Below, in pieces: positions 51,147-63,500 of a stretch of 64,000 bases of DNA. The translations under genes and the position numbers were made by a program. The stretch lies in assembly GCA_038087875.1 (NCBI GenBank), contig JAXLNO010005343.1, positions 1 through 64,000 of the forward strand, read 5' to 3'. This DNA comes from Malacoraja senta (taxonomy: Eukaryota). The first letter of the stretch is position 1, and the number at the start of each line of letters is the position of its first letter. The notes beneath the pieces were generated by a model that saw only the letters and a list, made by a program, of their open reading frames with translations, made no database searches and was not told the DNA's origin.

Positions 51147-51639
51147 AAAACAGAAGGGGCCAAATCGAAGAAAAAGTGAAGGACTAGAATTTAACGGCGT
51201 GCTTAATTTAAGACATCAACTCAAAATCTGTGCCAAATTATACATTATCAACGTGGAAACGATTTTGTTGTCATTTAACTATAATTGTTTGATATCAATA
51301 ATTTAGCTTGTGAGCATTTGTGTTTTTTATTTCTTACTGTTGATCTATTTCAAACAGAAATAACTAAATGGCGACCTTTGCAATTGCATTGATAGATGCC
51401 GTGATTGTTCCTCGCGTGTGGAAGTCATATTTCACGAATTCGTTGAAACTAAATGTTATGTCTATTCATGGCAAATTCCCCCTAAATTATCCTTATATGA
51501 ACTACGAAGATAACGATCAGCGCCATGTGATATGTTCCCTGAAAAAATATTAATTTACTCTACCAAATTACACCTCAAACAATTCCGACGGGAAGGGATG
51601 TTCAATATGGAGAAGCTTAAACGTTTAAATATATACCTA

Positions 51640-52610
51640 CAATCAAAGGGAGGGGGGAGGGGTGGGCGGCGATCTCCCCATACACTACCCAAATCGAATC
51701 ATCAGTTCATACGTTGCAGGAGCCGAATTAGGCCATTCACTCAATCAAGTCTACTCCGCCATTCAAACATGGCTTAACTATATATCCATCTTAACTACAT
51801 TCTCCTACCTTCGCCCCATAACACCTGAAACCTTTAAATCTCCAACTTAAAAATACCACGATCATTTGTGGCAACGAATTCCACAGATTCGCCATCCTCC
51901 GACTAAAGACAATCGTCCTCATCTCCTTTCTTAAGGTACGTCCTTTAATTCTGAGGCTATAGCCGCCGATCCTCGCCTCTCCCACTACTGGAAACATCCC
52001 CTCCACCTTTAATATATCCAGGCCTTTCACTATTCGGTAAGTTTCAATGAGGTCCTCCCCTCCCCCATTCCCCCGCTCCCCCACTCCCCCACTCATCCTT
52101 CCAAACTCCAGCAAATACAGACCCAGTGCCTTCACACGCTCATCATATGTTAACACAATCATTCCTGGGATCATTTTCTCGTAAACCTCCCCCAGACCCT
52201 CTCCAACACCAGCACACCTTTCCTCACATATGGAATCCAAATCCGCTCACAATACTCCAAATGTGGTCTGACCAATGCCTTATAAAGCCTCAGCATTACA
52301 TCGACGTTTTTTTAATTCTGTCCCTCTCGAAATATATACCAATGTTGCATTCACCTTCTTTACTGTCGATTCGACTTGCAAATGAACTTTTTGGGTATAC
52401 TGAACCGGCATTCCCAAGTCCCTTTCTGAATTCTCCCCCCATTTAGAAAATAGTCAATGCCTTTATTCCTACTACCAAAATACATGTTTCCGCACTTTGC
52501 TATGCTGTATTCCATCTGCCACTTCTCAGCCCACTCTCTCAACCTGCCCAAGTCTTTCTGCAGAGTCCCTGCTTTCTCTACACTACCTACCCCTCCACTA
52601 CCTTAGTAAG
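51640..52610 (-). mobile_element. Degenerate CR1 LINE 3' part
   Basis: LTYDERVKALGLYLLEF...DLIETYRIVKG...NLWNSLPQ; GRLREWAEKWQMEY. Confidence 0.85.
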
Positions 52611-52931
52611 TTCCTATGCTTCAACTGTGGTGATGCGGGTCAGAATTACTGTATACCATCTAACTTCCATCATAAAACAGAGTTTGGAATGTATGACGAA
52701 AATTATTGGAGATTTGGTTGATGTTGGGAATGTTTCACATCATGTGGGGAATGTGTCCTTATTATTTTCTTTAACCCTTAACCCTTTCAATGTAGGTCCT
52801 TACTGGTTTAATAGTGAACCAGGCCATATGAGTATGAGTAATATGAGTCCAAGTCATTGGTCTTGTGACATCTTTAGTACACGAGTTAAATATTGTAGTA
52901 CTAATACTTGTAGTGTTGTATGCCTTATTTA

Positions 52932-53840
52932 TCTATTTATGTAACAAAAACTCATCTTGCTATCTGCAGGTTTGCATTGATTTTCTATTTGCGCAAAAAC
53001 AGTTTTTCCCCGCCGTACTCACCATTGTCCTGTGCTGTAAATTCAATAAGTTTTGTTCATTTTGTGGACAATTCCCGTGCAAAGGGCACCTAATGGGTCC
53101 TCAGCCGCGCCTGTGCAGTTGGGGTCTTTCGAGAATTGAGATGGCGGGGCGGCGGCGGCGGCAGCGTCGACGACGACGACGACGACGACGCCGACGCCGG
53201 TGATCCGGGGCTAGGGCGCTGAGCCTGGCGGCGGCGGCGCTGCTGCCTCTGGGCACACGAGGAAGGAAAGGAGCGGCACCCTCGAGATCCTGGTGAGGTG
53301 AGGAGGGAGGGTGCGGGGATTGTGGGAGAGGATTGGGTAAGGAGGGAGGTGGAAGTGCGGCAGGTGATGTGGGAAAGTGGGGGAGGACGAGGAATAGAGG
53401 GAGAGGAGGGGAGTGGGGGAGGGTAGGGCGTGGGGAATAGAGAGAGGGGAGGGCAGTGGGGGAGGGATAGCAGGGATAATGGGGGGATAGGGAAGGTGAG
53501 GAGTAGGGGAGGTAGGGGATAGAGGGATAGAATAGGGGTAGGGAGGGGAAATAAGTTATGGCGGGAGGGAGGGAGGGACTGTAGGTGGGGGAAAGGAGGG
53601 TGAGGGAGAGGTGAGGGAGAGGTGAGGGAGGGATTGGGGAGGAGAGGAGGAGAGGGGGAAGGAGAGGGAGGGTGAAGTGGAGGGGGGCGCTGGGGACGAG
53701 GGGAAATGAGCCGCGCTTGCGCAGTTGGGGGCCATGGGTGAGTGATGGAATATTGCGTTGGGGGGACGGGTTGCGTTGGGGGAACGGGTGAGTGGTGGAT
53801 TACTGCGTTGGGGGAGCAGACCCAACAGGTCTGCACTTAG
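52932..53840 (+). mobile_element. Non-autonomous Helitron-like element with GC-rich and purine-rich cargo
   Basis: A|TC start (tctatttatgtaacaaaaactcatcttg); 3' hairpin GCAGACC-caaca-GGTCTGC (53816-53834), then CTTAG|T; no TSD or TIR. Confidence 0.6.
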
Positions 53841-53869
53841 TCTTTTACTAATTAAATGTGGATGTGAAG

Positions 53870-54020
53870 AACAATGGGGACCCGACGTGGGGGGGGGGGG
53901 GCGCCGTGAAGAACAATGCGGACCCGGCGTGGGGGGACCGCCGTGAAGAACAATGGGGACCCGGCGTGGGGTGACAGCTATAGGGGACGGGAAGAGAACA
54001 AATGGGACCTGGTGTGGGGA
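53870..54020. repeat. GC-rich minisatellite, about 35-bp unit, 3-4 copies
   Basis: gtgaagaacaatggggacccggcgtggggg repeated. Confidence 0.8.
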
Positions 54021-54059
54021 GAGGGGGCACTCTAGTTTGGAATCCTCTGGCCAGAGGAT

Positions 54060-54266
54060 GAGTCTGTGTTTGTTTGTTTGTTTTGTTTAATTGTTCCAGT
54101 GAATGCGCTGTACACACGGCAGCCAGCCAACAGTCGCTTTTCTTTTTCTTTTTCTTCTCACTTTTAATTTCAAATTTTGGTGTACCTTGTGTGTTGTGAC
54201 TATCGGCAGACCAATTTCCCTCCGGGGATGAATAAAGTTTTATCGTATCGTATTGTATCGTATCGA
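54060..54266 (+). mobile_element. Non-LTR element 3' tail (Rex1/L2-type)
   Basis: caatttccctccggggatgaataaagtt followed by (tatcg)n. Confidence 0.5.
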
Positions 54267-54669
54267 ATCTAACCAGTGAGCCGTGGATTTACGTTATCGT
54301 GAATACTGAGAGATCGTGGCTAAACTGTCACTGTGTCCCAGGGGTCACAGACTGACCCTGTAATAGTGCGACCATTAAAGTTCCCAGTGGACGTGATATT
54401 TACTTCACTAGTGATCCAAGGCATCAAACGGTGGAATGTAAGGAAAGTGAGAGGATAGACATCTTGAGTCGTGATTTATTGGGTGGAAATGGTTAAAGGG
54501 ATAGCATGCAAAATAAAGAGCAACTAAAGAACGGCTATGGAGCTACTGCGGATTTCAGATAAAAGATTCAGTAGTAACCTTGATTGAACATTCTGTAACA
54601 ACCTTGTATAATTACCACAGTTAGCAAACAGGTGTATGTTGATATATTTTACTGTCAATTGTTAACCGT

Positions 54670-55620
54670 GAAATGTTGCTGATATGGAAAAAGAATAACA
54701 CAGCCTTGAGGGGCGCTCATTAGTTGGGACTTGGCCCAGTGTCGCTATCAATGCCAAGGGAAAACTGCCAGCTTTGCTTGTGGGCGGATCCGCCTGCCAC
54801 TGACTGGGTGTCCTTTTGGCGTTCTTGGAGAACCAGGATGATGAAAATGAATTTCCACCAGCATTAAGCAATCCAGAAACCATGTGAAGAATCAGTGAAC
54901 CGAACTGCGTGTTTATGTTTTGGCGAAACTATTACATGTAACAATAATTTAGTAAGACCCGGTGTAAGGAATTGGACGCAGACACGATTAGAAGGCAACA
55001 ATGCAGCTTTCTATAGAACTGCAATAATTGTTCATCGAAGTCGTACCCATTGCATATCCTGTCGTGACAAGGCATCCAGACAAGTTTAAAATGTAGGAGG
55101 CAGGAGAAAAGAGGATTCAACGATACAACACGTAAAAGGTAGCTACATTCATACATTCTTATATATATATAAATATATCCTATTATTATGTGGGAAGGAA
55201 TAATCTTTCCATTTGTTGGGTGCGTACACATGTGCCCGTCCAGTCTAAAGGATGTAACATCCCGAAGTCTATCGCTATCAAGGTGTCTGAGGGGTGGAAG
55301 ATTGCAACCTTCACGTGGTCCGCCATGTTTCGACTAATGCAATCAACTCGACGTGCACAAACGGAAGATCAAATAGAACAAGCTGTCCAACAACTTTAGG
55401 CTGTGCACGCCACACGAAAGAAGAAGAAGAAGAAGGTGTCTGAAATAGCCGAGTGGCACACTTCCCGGAATAATACCACCATCTGGTCTGCTTGTACGAA
55501 TCTCAAAAGGAACGATGGTCCTCGTTGGAGATGATGATATAACTACGCTACCAAGCCGGGGTTCCAGAAATGGAAATCAGCAGCTTACGCCCTAAATCGA
55601 TACTCGTGGGGATACCAACC
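54670..55620 (+). pseudogene. Probable env SU N-terminal part, separated from the rest by CR1/PLE insertions
   Basis: KNNTALRGAH*...RENCQLCLWADPPATDWVSF resembles the SU CxxC (CWLC) region. Position and strand fit. Confidence 0.4.
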
Positions 55621-55624
55621 CAAA

Positions 55625-56370
55625 TAGACAATAAACAATAGGCAATATGTGCAGGAGCAGGCCATTCGAACCTTCGAGCCAGCACCGCCATTCAATGTGA
55701 TCATGGCTGATCATCCCCAATCAGTACCCCGTTCCTGCCTTCTCCCCATATCCCCTGACTCCTCTATTTTTAAGAGCCCTATCTAGCTCTCTCTTGAAAG
55801 CATCCAGAGATCCTGCCTCCACCGCCCTCTGAGGCAGAGAATTCCACACTCACCATTCTCTGTGAGAAAAAGTGTTTCCTCGTCTCCGTTCTAAATGGCT
55901 TACTCCTTATTCTTAAACTGTGGCCCTTGGTTCTGGACTCCCCAACATAGGGAACATGTTTCCTGCTTCTAGCGTGTCCAAACCCTTAACAATCTTATAT
56001 GTTTCAATGAGATCACCTCTCATCCTTCTAAACTCCAGAGTGTACAAGCCCAGCTGCTCCATTCTCTCAGCATACGACAGTCCCGCCATCGCGGTAATTA
56101 ACCTTGTAAACCTATGCTGCACTCCCTCAAAAGCAAGAATGTCCTTCCACAAATTAGGGGACCAAAAGTGCACACAATACTCCAGGTGCGGTCTCACTGG
56201 GGCTCTGTACAACTGCAGAAGGACCTCTTTGCTCCTGTATTTGATTCCTCTTGTTATAAAGGCCATTCGCTTTCTTCACTACCTGCTGTACCTACATGCT
56301 TACTGTCATAGACTGGTGTACAAGGACCCCCAGTTCCCGTTGTACTTCCCCTTTTCCCAACTTGACGCCA
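55625..56370 (-). mobile_element. CR1 LINE 3' fragment (ctattgt-tail subfamily)
   Basis: ORF 55913-56266 with CR1 C-terminal motifs. Confidence 0.92.
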
Positions 56371-56394
56371 TCTACTATCGTACCAGACATTCCT

Positions 56395-56520
56395 CTTTCT
56401 GAAGAATCGTCTCGACCGAAACATCACCTATTACTTTTCACCAGAGATTCTGGCTGATCCGCTGAGTTACTCCAAATATTCGTGTCTGTCTTCGGTTTTA
56501 ACCACCTTCTGCAGTTCCCC
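56395..56520 (+). mobile_element. PLE terminal repeat with degenerate hammerhead
   Basis: ctgaagaatcgtctcgaccgaaacatcacc followed by gctgagttactcca. Confidence 0.6.
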
Positions 56521-57396
56521 GTACAACTTCCACTTTCTTGACTCTCACTAATATATCGGGTGAAGGAAGGCTTGAAGAAGCAATTTGCCTTGTCAGGCAA
56601 GAGAGGGGACTCGTAGAAGTGGGGAGCATTTTGGCCCATCAATATTTCAATATGCCTGATGCTACACGAATGGAATACAGTCATGTTATGGCCTGTAACT
56701 GTTCAACTGGAGACTTTTTTTAAGACACCGGACTCCCCACTCGGTAGAATTCTTTACTACCTACAATGGTGTATTCTGTGTCTGCGGCCATAGGGCCAAT
56801 GTCGGGTTGCCAAAGGATTGGGCTAGCTTGCCTATCGAGCCTACGTGATGCCTTTTGTCTGCGAGACCACCACGTTACCCCGAACGCACTCTCAGTGGAA
56901 CACTGACCATACGAACCGTCACTGAATCTGAAATGTTCCTTGTTACTGCAATCTCTTGGTTCGAGGTGAGAAAGACCATCGAAGATGGCGGGAGAGACCA
57001 TCAACCTCGCCTCTGCATTAGAAAAGATTGTCAATGACATTGCCATAGCCTTCAAGAAATAAATGCGGAGATGATGGCCATCCTGATGATTGGCCTGCAG
57101 AACTGAATAGCTTTGTATTTCTTCCTAGCAGAAAAAGGAGGATAAGTGCCGTCATAGGATCTGAAAGATTTTAATTTAACCATGATGCAAAAGATAACAT
57201 CAGCAACCTGGCTGGCCATATCCGCAAAGACGCTGCCCAGATACAGTAAGAGGAGCACATGATCAAGGTGGGGATGTACAACGGGAGGGCTGGGATTCAT
57301 AGGGGCCTCCTTGGTGCATAGGTAATATGTCTTCGTTCCCATAATTCTAGTACTGTTCGTGGCTTTTGCGCTTCATAAATGTTGCTGATGATGATT
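56520..57396 (+). pseudogene. env: Decayed endogenous retrovirus env (gamma-type SU C-terminus and TM subunit)
   Basis: Across frameshifts: NGVFCVCGHRANVGLPKDWAS-CYRAYVMPFV; fusion-peptide-like VTESEMFLVTAISW; heptad INLASALEKIVNDIAIA-QEINAEMMAI; ISD LQN*IALYFFLAEKGG-SAVIGSE; DNISNLAGHIRK; anchor FVPIILVLFVAFALHKCC. Confidence 0.85.
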
Positions 57397-57975
57397 GGTG
57401 AGACCACACCTGGAGTATTGCGTACAGTTTTGGTCTCCAAATCTGAGGAAGGACATTATTGCCATAGAGAGAGCGCAGAGAAGGTTCACCAGACTGATTC
57501 CTGGGATGTCAGGACTGTCTTATGAAGAAAGACTGGATAGACTTGGTTTATACTCTCTAGAATTTAGGAGATTGAGAGGGGATCTTATAGAAACTTACAA
57601 AATTCTTAAAGGGTTGGACAGGCTAGATGCAGGAAGATTGCTCCCGATGTTGGGGAAGTCCAGGACAAGGGGTCACAGCTTAAGGATAAGGGGGAAATCC
57701 TTTAAAACCGAGATGAGAAGAACTTTTTTCACACAGAGAGTGGTGAATCTCTGGAACTCTCTGCCACAGAGGGTAGTCGAGGCCAGTTCATTGGCTATAT
57801 TTAAGAGGGAGTTAGATGTGGCCCTTGTGGCTAAAGGGATCAGAGGGTATGGAGAGAAGGCAGGTACGGGATACTGAGTTGGATGATCAGCCATGATCAT
57901 ATTGAATGGCGGTGCAGGCTCGAAGGGCCAAATGGCCTACTCCTGCACCTAATTTCTATGTTTCTATGTTTCTAT
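57397..57975 (+). mobile_element. Young CR1 3' fragment inserted just after the env membrane anchor
   Basis: ORF 57395-57877, nearly identical to the 22446 copy; (ctatgttt)n tail. Confidence 0.95.
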
Positions 57976-58306
57976 GATGGAACAAAGTATCTCCTTTTTC
58001 CCCAAAGCTCAGATCCTCGATCACCAATAGGGTTTCCGGACACATATACCATCCAAACAGTGCCTTGTGATCACAAGTTTATTGGATAGCTGCGAAATCA
58101 TTGAAAATGATGTTGACTTCCGGTTGCGACATGCTCTGCTAGCAGTCGCAAACTTTTTAGCTCCGCTGAAAAAAACGCGTTTTTTCGCGTTAAAATCGGG
58201 TCTGGAGGTCGGGACCGTTTTTAAAAACTTACCGGAGCTTCATGTCGCGGTGCTGATGACGTCATCAGTAAGCGCCGCGATTTTAACGGAGGGAAAGTCA
58301 TTTTAA

Positions 58307-59302
58307 ATGAAAAGTACATCTCCAGGTCAGAGCCCACAGAGGAAAATCTCAAAACATCTGCTAAAGACTCTGGAACAGCAAGAAACTTCAGAACTGACCT
58401 CTGGAGAGGTCTCTGGAATGGCTACTCGATCTGCAAAAGAGAAAGCCGAAATGGAGGACTTAAGAAACTCGGTAAGAGATATCAAAAATGATATGGAAGC
58501 TGGGAACAGTAAATTGATGGCCGGTAATGATAAAATACTTGAGGGTATTGAGGCTCTCCAAAAAAGAATTGAAGGTGTGGAAAAAGGATTATCGATAAAA
58601 ATTGAAAAGGTGGCAGAAGAGACCACAAAGATGTTTGAGGCTGTGCACGAAACTGTGGCTGCAAATGCATCTGCAGTGAAAGATTTGGAAGCTGCTGTGG
58701 AAGTGATGGCTGGAGAGATGCAGACTATGAAGTCAGAAATAGATAGTCTCAAGAACCAAGTCACAAAGGTTTCGAATAAATGTGTTGACCTAGAAGCTCG
58801 CTCAAGACGTCAAAATATAAGAATACGTGGTGTAAAAGAGGGAGCTGAGGGGGACAATGTTTGTGAGTTCGCTGCCAACCTAATTAAACACGTACTGAAG
58901 CTACCAGAAGTACCGGTAATTGAAGTAGCACATCGACTCCCCAGATTTAAATCAAGATCTCAAGGAGAACGTGCCTACCCACGACAGATCATAATTAAAC
59001 TTCGGGATATCTCAACAATGGAAGCGCTGATGAAAAAAATCAACCACGGAGAGAAGATGATGTACAGAGGTGATACTATTAAACTCCTACGGGACTACCC
59101 TTATGAGATTGAGCAAAAGAGAAGAAAGTTCTCACAGACCAGAGAAGTTCTTTATGGTGTTAAGGGAGTTTTGTGTGGAGTGTTTTACCCGGCTAGAATG
59201 CGTATCACCTTTGAGGGAGTGTCAAAAACATTCACTAATTCGGATGAATCTCTCAAATACGCTCAAGAAATCGCGACTAAGGCTGCATCAACTGGAGACT
59301 GA
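58307..59302 (+). CDS. L1 ORF1 protein, intact 331 aa
   Basis: LEARSRRQNIRIRGVKEG, IEVAHRL, RDYPY and YPARMRI motifs. Confidence 0.95.
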   Translation: MKSTSPGQSPQRKISKHLLKTLEQQETSELTSGEVSGMATRSAKEKAEMEDLRNSVRDIKNDMEAGNSKLMAGNDKILEGIEALQKRIEGVEKGLSIKIEKVAEETTKMFEAVHETVAANASAVKDLEAAVEVMAGEMQTMKSEIDSLKNQVTKVSNKCVDLEARSRRQNIRIRGVKEGAEGDNVCEFAANLIKHVLKLPEVPVIEVAHRLPRFKSRSQGERAYPRQIIIKLRDISTMEALMKKINHGEKMMYRGDTIKLLRDYPYEIEQKRRKFSQTREVLYGVKGVLCGVFYPARMRITFEGVSKTFTNSDESLKYAQEIATKAASTGD

Positions 59303-60521
59303 AAACCAAGACGACATGAACAAATGAACTTGCTTATTCTTCCAACAAGAATATCACAAGGAAAGTGAATTAACTGAACACTGATTTTTTATTTTTTATT
59401 TGACTTCAAGCAACAGATTCTTAGTGAGACGTGGCTAGACATTATTATCTTCGCTGGAACATTGTGCTATGTAATTCAAGGACACTACGTGCTCAAACGA
59501 GGAAAACCTGATAACGGGACGAACTGCTGGGCTGAGAGTGAAAAACATCACATGGCTTATATTGTTTATAAAAAACTGAAAAAACTGAGAACTAATAATA
59601 ATTAACAATTAACAATACTAATATAGAAATAGCAATTGAAATAGATAAAAAATGTGCAGTCTGCTCTGTTTAGCAGATAACAGCAAGTGCTATGCAGCTC
59701 GAGAGTGGAGGGAGGGGGAGACCGGGTACCTGGCATAACTCCAGGAGCCAGACTCCCGTTAACCCTTCCAGCGAACAGCTCATTTTTAACAATATTAAAA
59801 TCAATTTAAAATAGTTAAGAGATAATATACACTCGAGGTTGATATGAAAAATATATACGGCTTATATAGTTTTACAAAATGCTGAGAATTAATCATAATT
59901 AATAATTAACAATACTAATATAGAAATAATATTTGAAACTGATAAAACTGTGGTGCCTGCGTCATAACGCAGACAGCAGTTATCACCTATGTTCGCAGCT
60001 CGTGGAGAGGAGAAGAGATCAGGCACCTGGCACAATTCCAGGAACCTGACTCCGGTTAATCCACTCAGTAAACCGCTCACTTTAACAATACTAAATTCAT
60101 TTTAAAATAGTTAAGAGATAAAGAGTGAGTAGGATATGGAATCGAATACATTTGACATATATATAAATTGTAACTGGGTGAAATAGAACTGAATTGGAAA
60201 CGGTAATGACCCCATAGATTTTGGGTAATAAATACAGCGGGGCTAACTTTATACCAACTACGCCGGAAGCGTTATGGATGTCGTACCCCACAGACGAGTG
60301 GGCCACTCACTACGGTGTTGAAATTTTAGACACCGTAAATTTATTTGATTTATATATATATTTTTTTTTAATCACAATATGTCACATCTGTGTGTTTTTT
60401 CTTCAAGGACAATCGCGCAGGAGAACTACCAAGGAAGTCTATAATAGAAATACTCCCAAAATAACCAGAGTCCGGAGGTATGAACGCACCACAATAATTA
60501 AGGTCATTAAAATTGGTAAAA

Positions 60522-63500
60522 ATGCATGACGACAATCAAAAGAAAATAGGAGGAATCACATTATGTAGTTGGAATATAAGGGGGATTAATGAACCTATTA
60601 AAAGGGGCAAGATACTAGCTCAGTTGAAATCATACAACACGGACATAGCGTTTCTACAGGAAACACATCTTAAACAGCAAGATCAGACAAGACTGAGGGC
60701 GAACTGGATAGGCCAAACATTTCACTCTTCATTTACCTCCAAATCTAGAGGTACTGCAATTATTATTCGTAAAGGAATTCCATTTAAATCAAAGAACACT
60801 ATTTTAGATAAGGAAGGGAGATATCTTATAGTAGCAGGGGAGATCAATAATATGCCAATTACGCTGGTAAACATATATGCGTCCAACTTTGATAACCCTC
60901 AATTTTTTAATAAAATTCTGAATATAATTGCAGAATCTAATTATCAAAATGTTATAATCGGAGGAGATTTTAATTGTGTTTTAGATCCTTATTTAGATAA
61001 ATCGATGCAAAAACAAAAAGGTCAGACGAAATCTAAAACCAGTGAACTCTTACACACATATATGGAAAACACAAATATAACAGATGTATGGAGGATTGCA
61101 AACCCGACGGGAAGGGATTACTCGTTTTATTCAATGGTGCATAAAACATATTCACGGATAGACTATTTTCTAGTGGATACAAAATTAATTTCGCAATCTC
61201 TGAATCCTAAATATCATATTAATGCGATCTCAGATCATTCTCCATTAACTTTTGTTCTAAAACTAGAAGGAATGTCTATGAATAAACCGTTCTGGAGGTT
61301 TAACTCACAAATTTTAAAAGACCCTCAAGGGAGTATCTATCTAAAAAAACAGATGGATCTATTTTTTGAGTTAAATGATACACCAGAGATATCCCCCACG
61401 TTATTATGGGAATCCTTCAAAGCATTTATAAGAGGAGTCATTATTTCATTTCAAGCTTATCAAAATAAAAAGAATAAGAATGAACAAAGACACTTAGAAG
61501 ATCAAATAAAACAGTTAGATATAGATAATGCTAAAGACCCAACTATGGATAAACATAATAAAATACTACTACTGAAATTTCAGTTAAATAAATTACTGTC
61601 AGAGAAAGTTATAACATTATTTCAAATCACAAAACAAGAACACTTCGAATTCGGGGACAAACCCCACAAACTTCTAGCACGACAACTTAAAAAACGGGAA
61701 AAAGAGAATGCAATATTAAAGATTAAATCAGATAGAGGGGAAGTATTAACACTACCCAAGGATATTAATAAAAGATTTGCTCAATTTTACCAGAATCTAT
61801 ACACATCTAAAACGTCAATAGACAATAATAAAATCTCAGAATTTTTAGATAATTGTAATCTACCACAATTAGAACGCAGGGAACAAGAGGAACTGGGAGC
61901 ACAAATTACTTCTAAGGAGATAGAAGACACAATAAAAACACTAAAAAATGGAAAAACACCAGGACCAGACGGATTCAGTAATGAATTTTATAAATCTTTT
62001 TATGATATAGTTACTCCACGATTACAAAAAATGTATACATATGCTTATAAAGAGCAAAACCTACCTGAAACACTAGCGGAATCAACGATCATATTAATAC
62101 TTAAAAAAGATAAAAATATAGAAGAACCAGGATCATATAGAGCTATTGCTTTGTTAAATACGGATCAGAAAATAATAGCAAAAACATTAGCCAATAGATT
62201 AAGCAAGTATGTTAGTAGACTAATACATGAGGATCAAACAGGATTTATACCTAAGAGGCACTCATTTAATAATTTGAGACGTTTGCTTAACATAATGCAT
62301 TCACATAAATCTTATGACCAAGAGTTAGCTATCATCTCACTGGACGCAGAAAAAGCGTTTGATCAAGTAGAATGGGACTATATGATCAAAGTATTGCAAA
62401 AATTCCAATTGGGAGAAAACTTTATTGCATGGATAAAACTACTATATAACAAACCTACGGCTAGAATACTAACTAATAATATATTATCTTCAAAATTCGA
62501 ATTATCTAGGGGCAACAGACAAGGATGTTCACTATCACCGCTGTTATTTGCTTTGGTAATTGAACCCTTGCTGAAAAAATAAGAACACACTCGAATATTC
62601 ACGGTTATAACACAAAATATTCAAACAACAAACTATCCCTATATGCTGATGATGTACTACTGTACATCACAAAACCACAAATTAGTATACCAAATATATT
62701 AAACTTAATTGAGGACTTTGGATCCTTTTCAGGATATAGAATAAATTGGAACAAAAGTGAAATTATGTCGATTAAACCAAAAGACTCAACACATCTCAGG
62801 AAATTCCCTTTTAAAATAGCTATGGAAAAATTCAAATATTTAGGAATTGAGATTACTAGAAATTACCATGATATGTTTAAAGCTAATTATAATCCCCTAC
62901 TTAAGAAATTAAAGAATCTGATTAAATTTTGGAAAACACTTCCGATGTCCTTAATAGGTAGGATAAATGCTATAAAAATGATTTTCTTACCACAAATCCT
63001 TTACCTATTTCAATCAATACCTATATATCTCCCAAAAAAGTTTTTCAAAAAACTGGACTCAGACATTACAAATTTTATATGGGATTACAAATCCCACAGA
63101 ATACAAAGAACACACCTTAACAAACGAAAAGAGTTGGGGGGTCTAGCGCTCCCTAACTTTATGTATTATAACTGGGCAGTAAATATTAAAAATATGATTC
63201 ACCTGCTGGACAATTCTGCCCAGCAGGTGGACTGGATTATAATGGAAAAAGGGGATTGCTCCCCGAATAATATAGGAGCGATTATTCTCTCTCCAATAAA
63301 TTTGAATAATAAAAATTATAATAAAAATCCAATTATATATAGCACTATTAGAACATGGAAGCAAATAAAACAGAATCTAAAATTAAGAAACCTATCTCTC
63401 TTAATACCAATAGTCAATAACCCATCGTTTAAACCTTCAATCATAGATAAAGCATTTATACAATGGGAAAGAATGGGAATTAAAACGCTCGAAGATCTGT

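Noticed and set aside
53090-53836. 248-aa Pro/Ser-rich ORF
   Set aside because: Low-complexity translation of the purine tract.
54270-54360. Possible integrase C-terminus (EPWIYVIVNTERSWLNCHC) upstream of env
   Set aside because: Resemblance to the GPY/F...WIHxSHC motif is too weak to call without a search.
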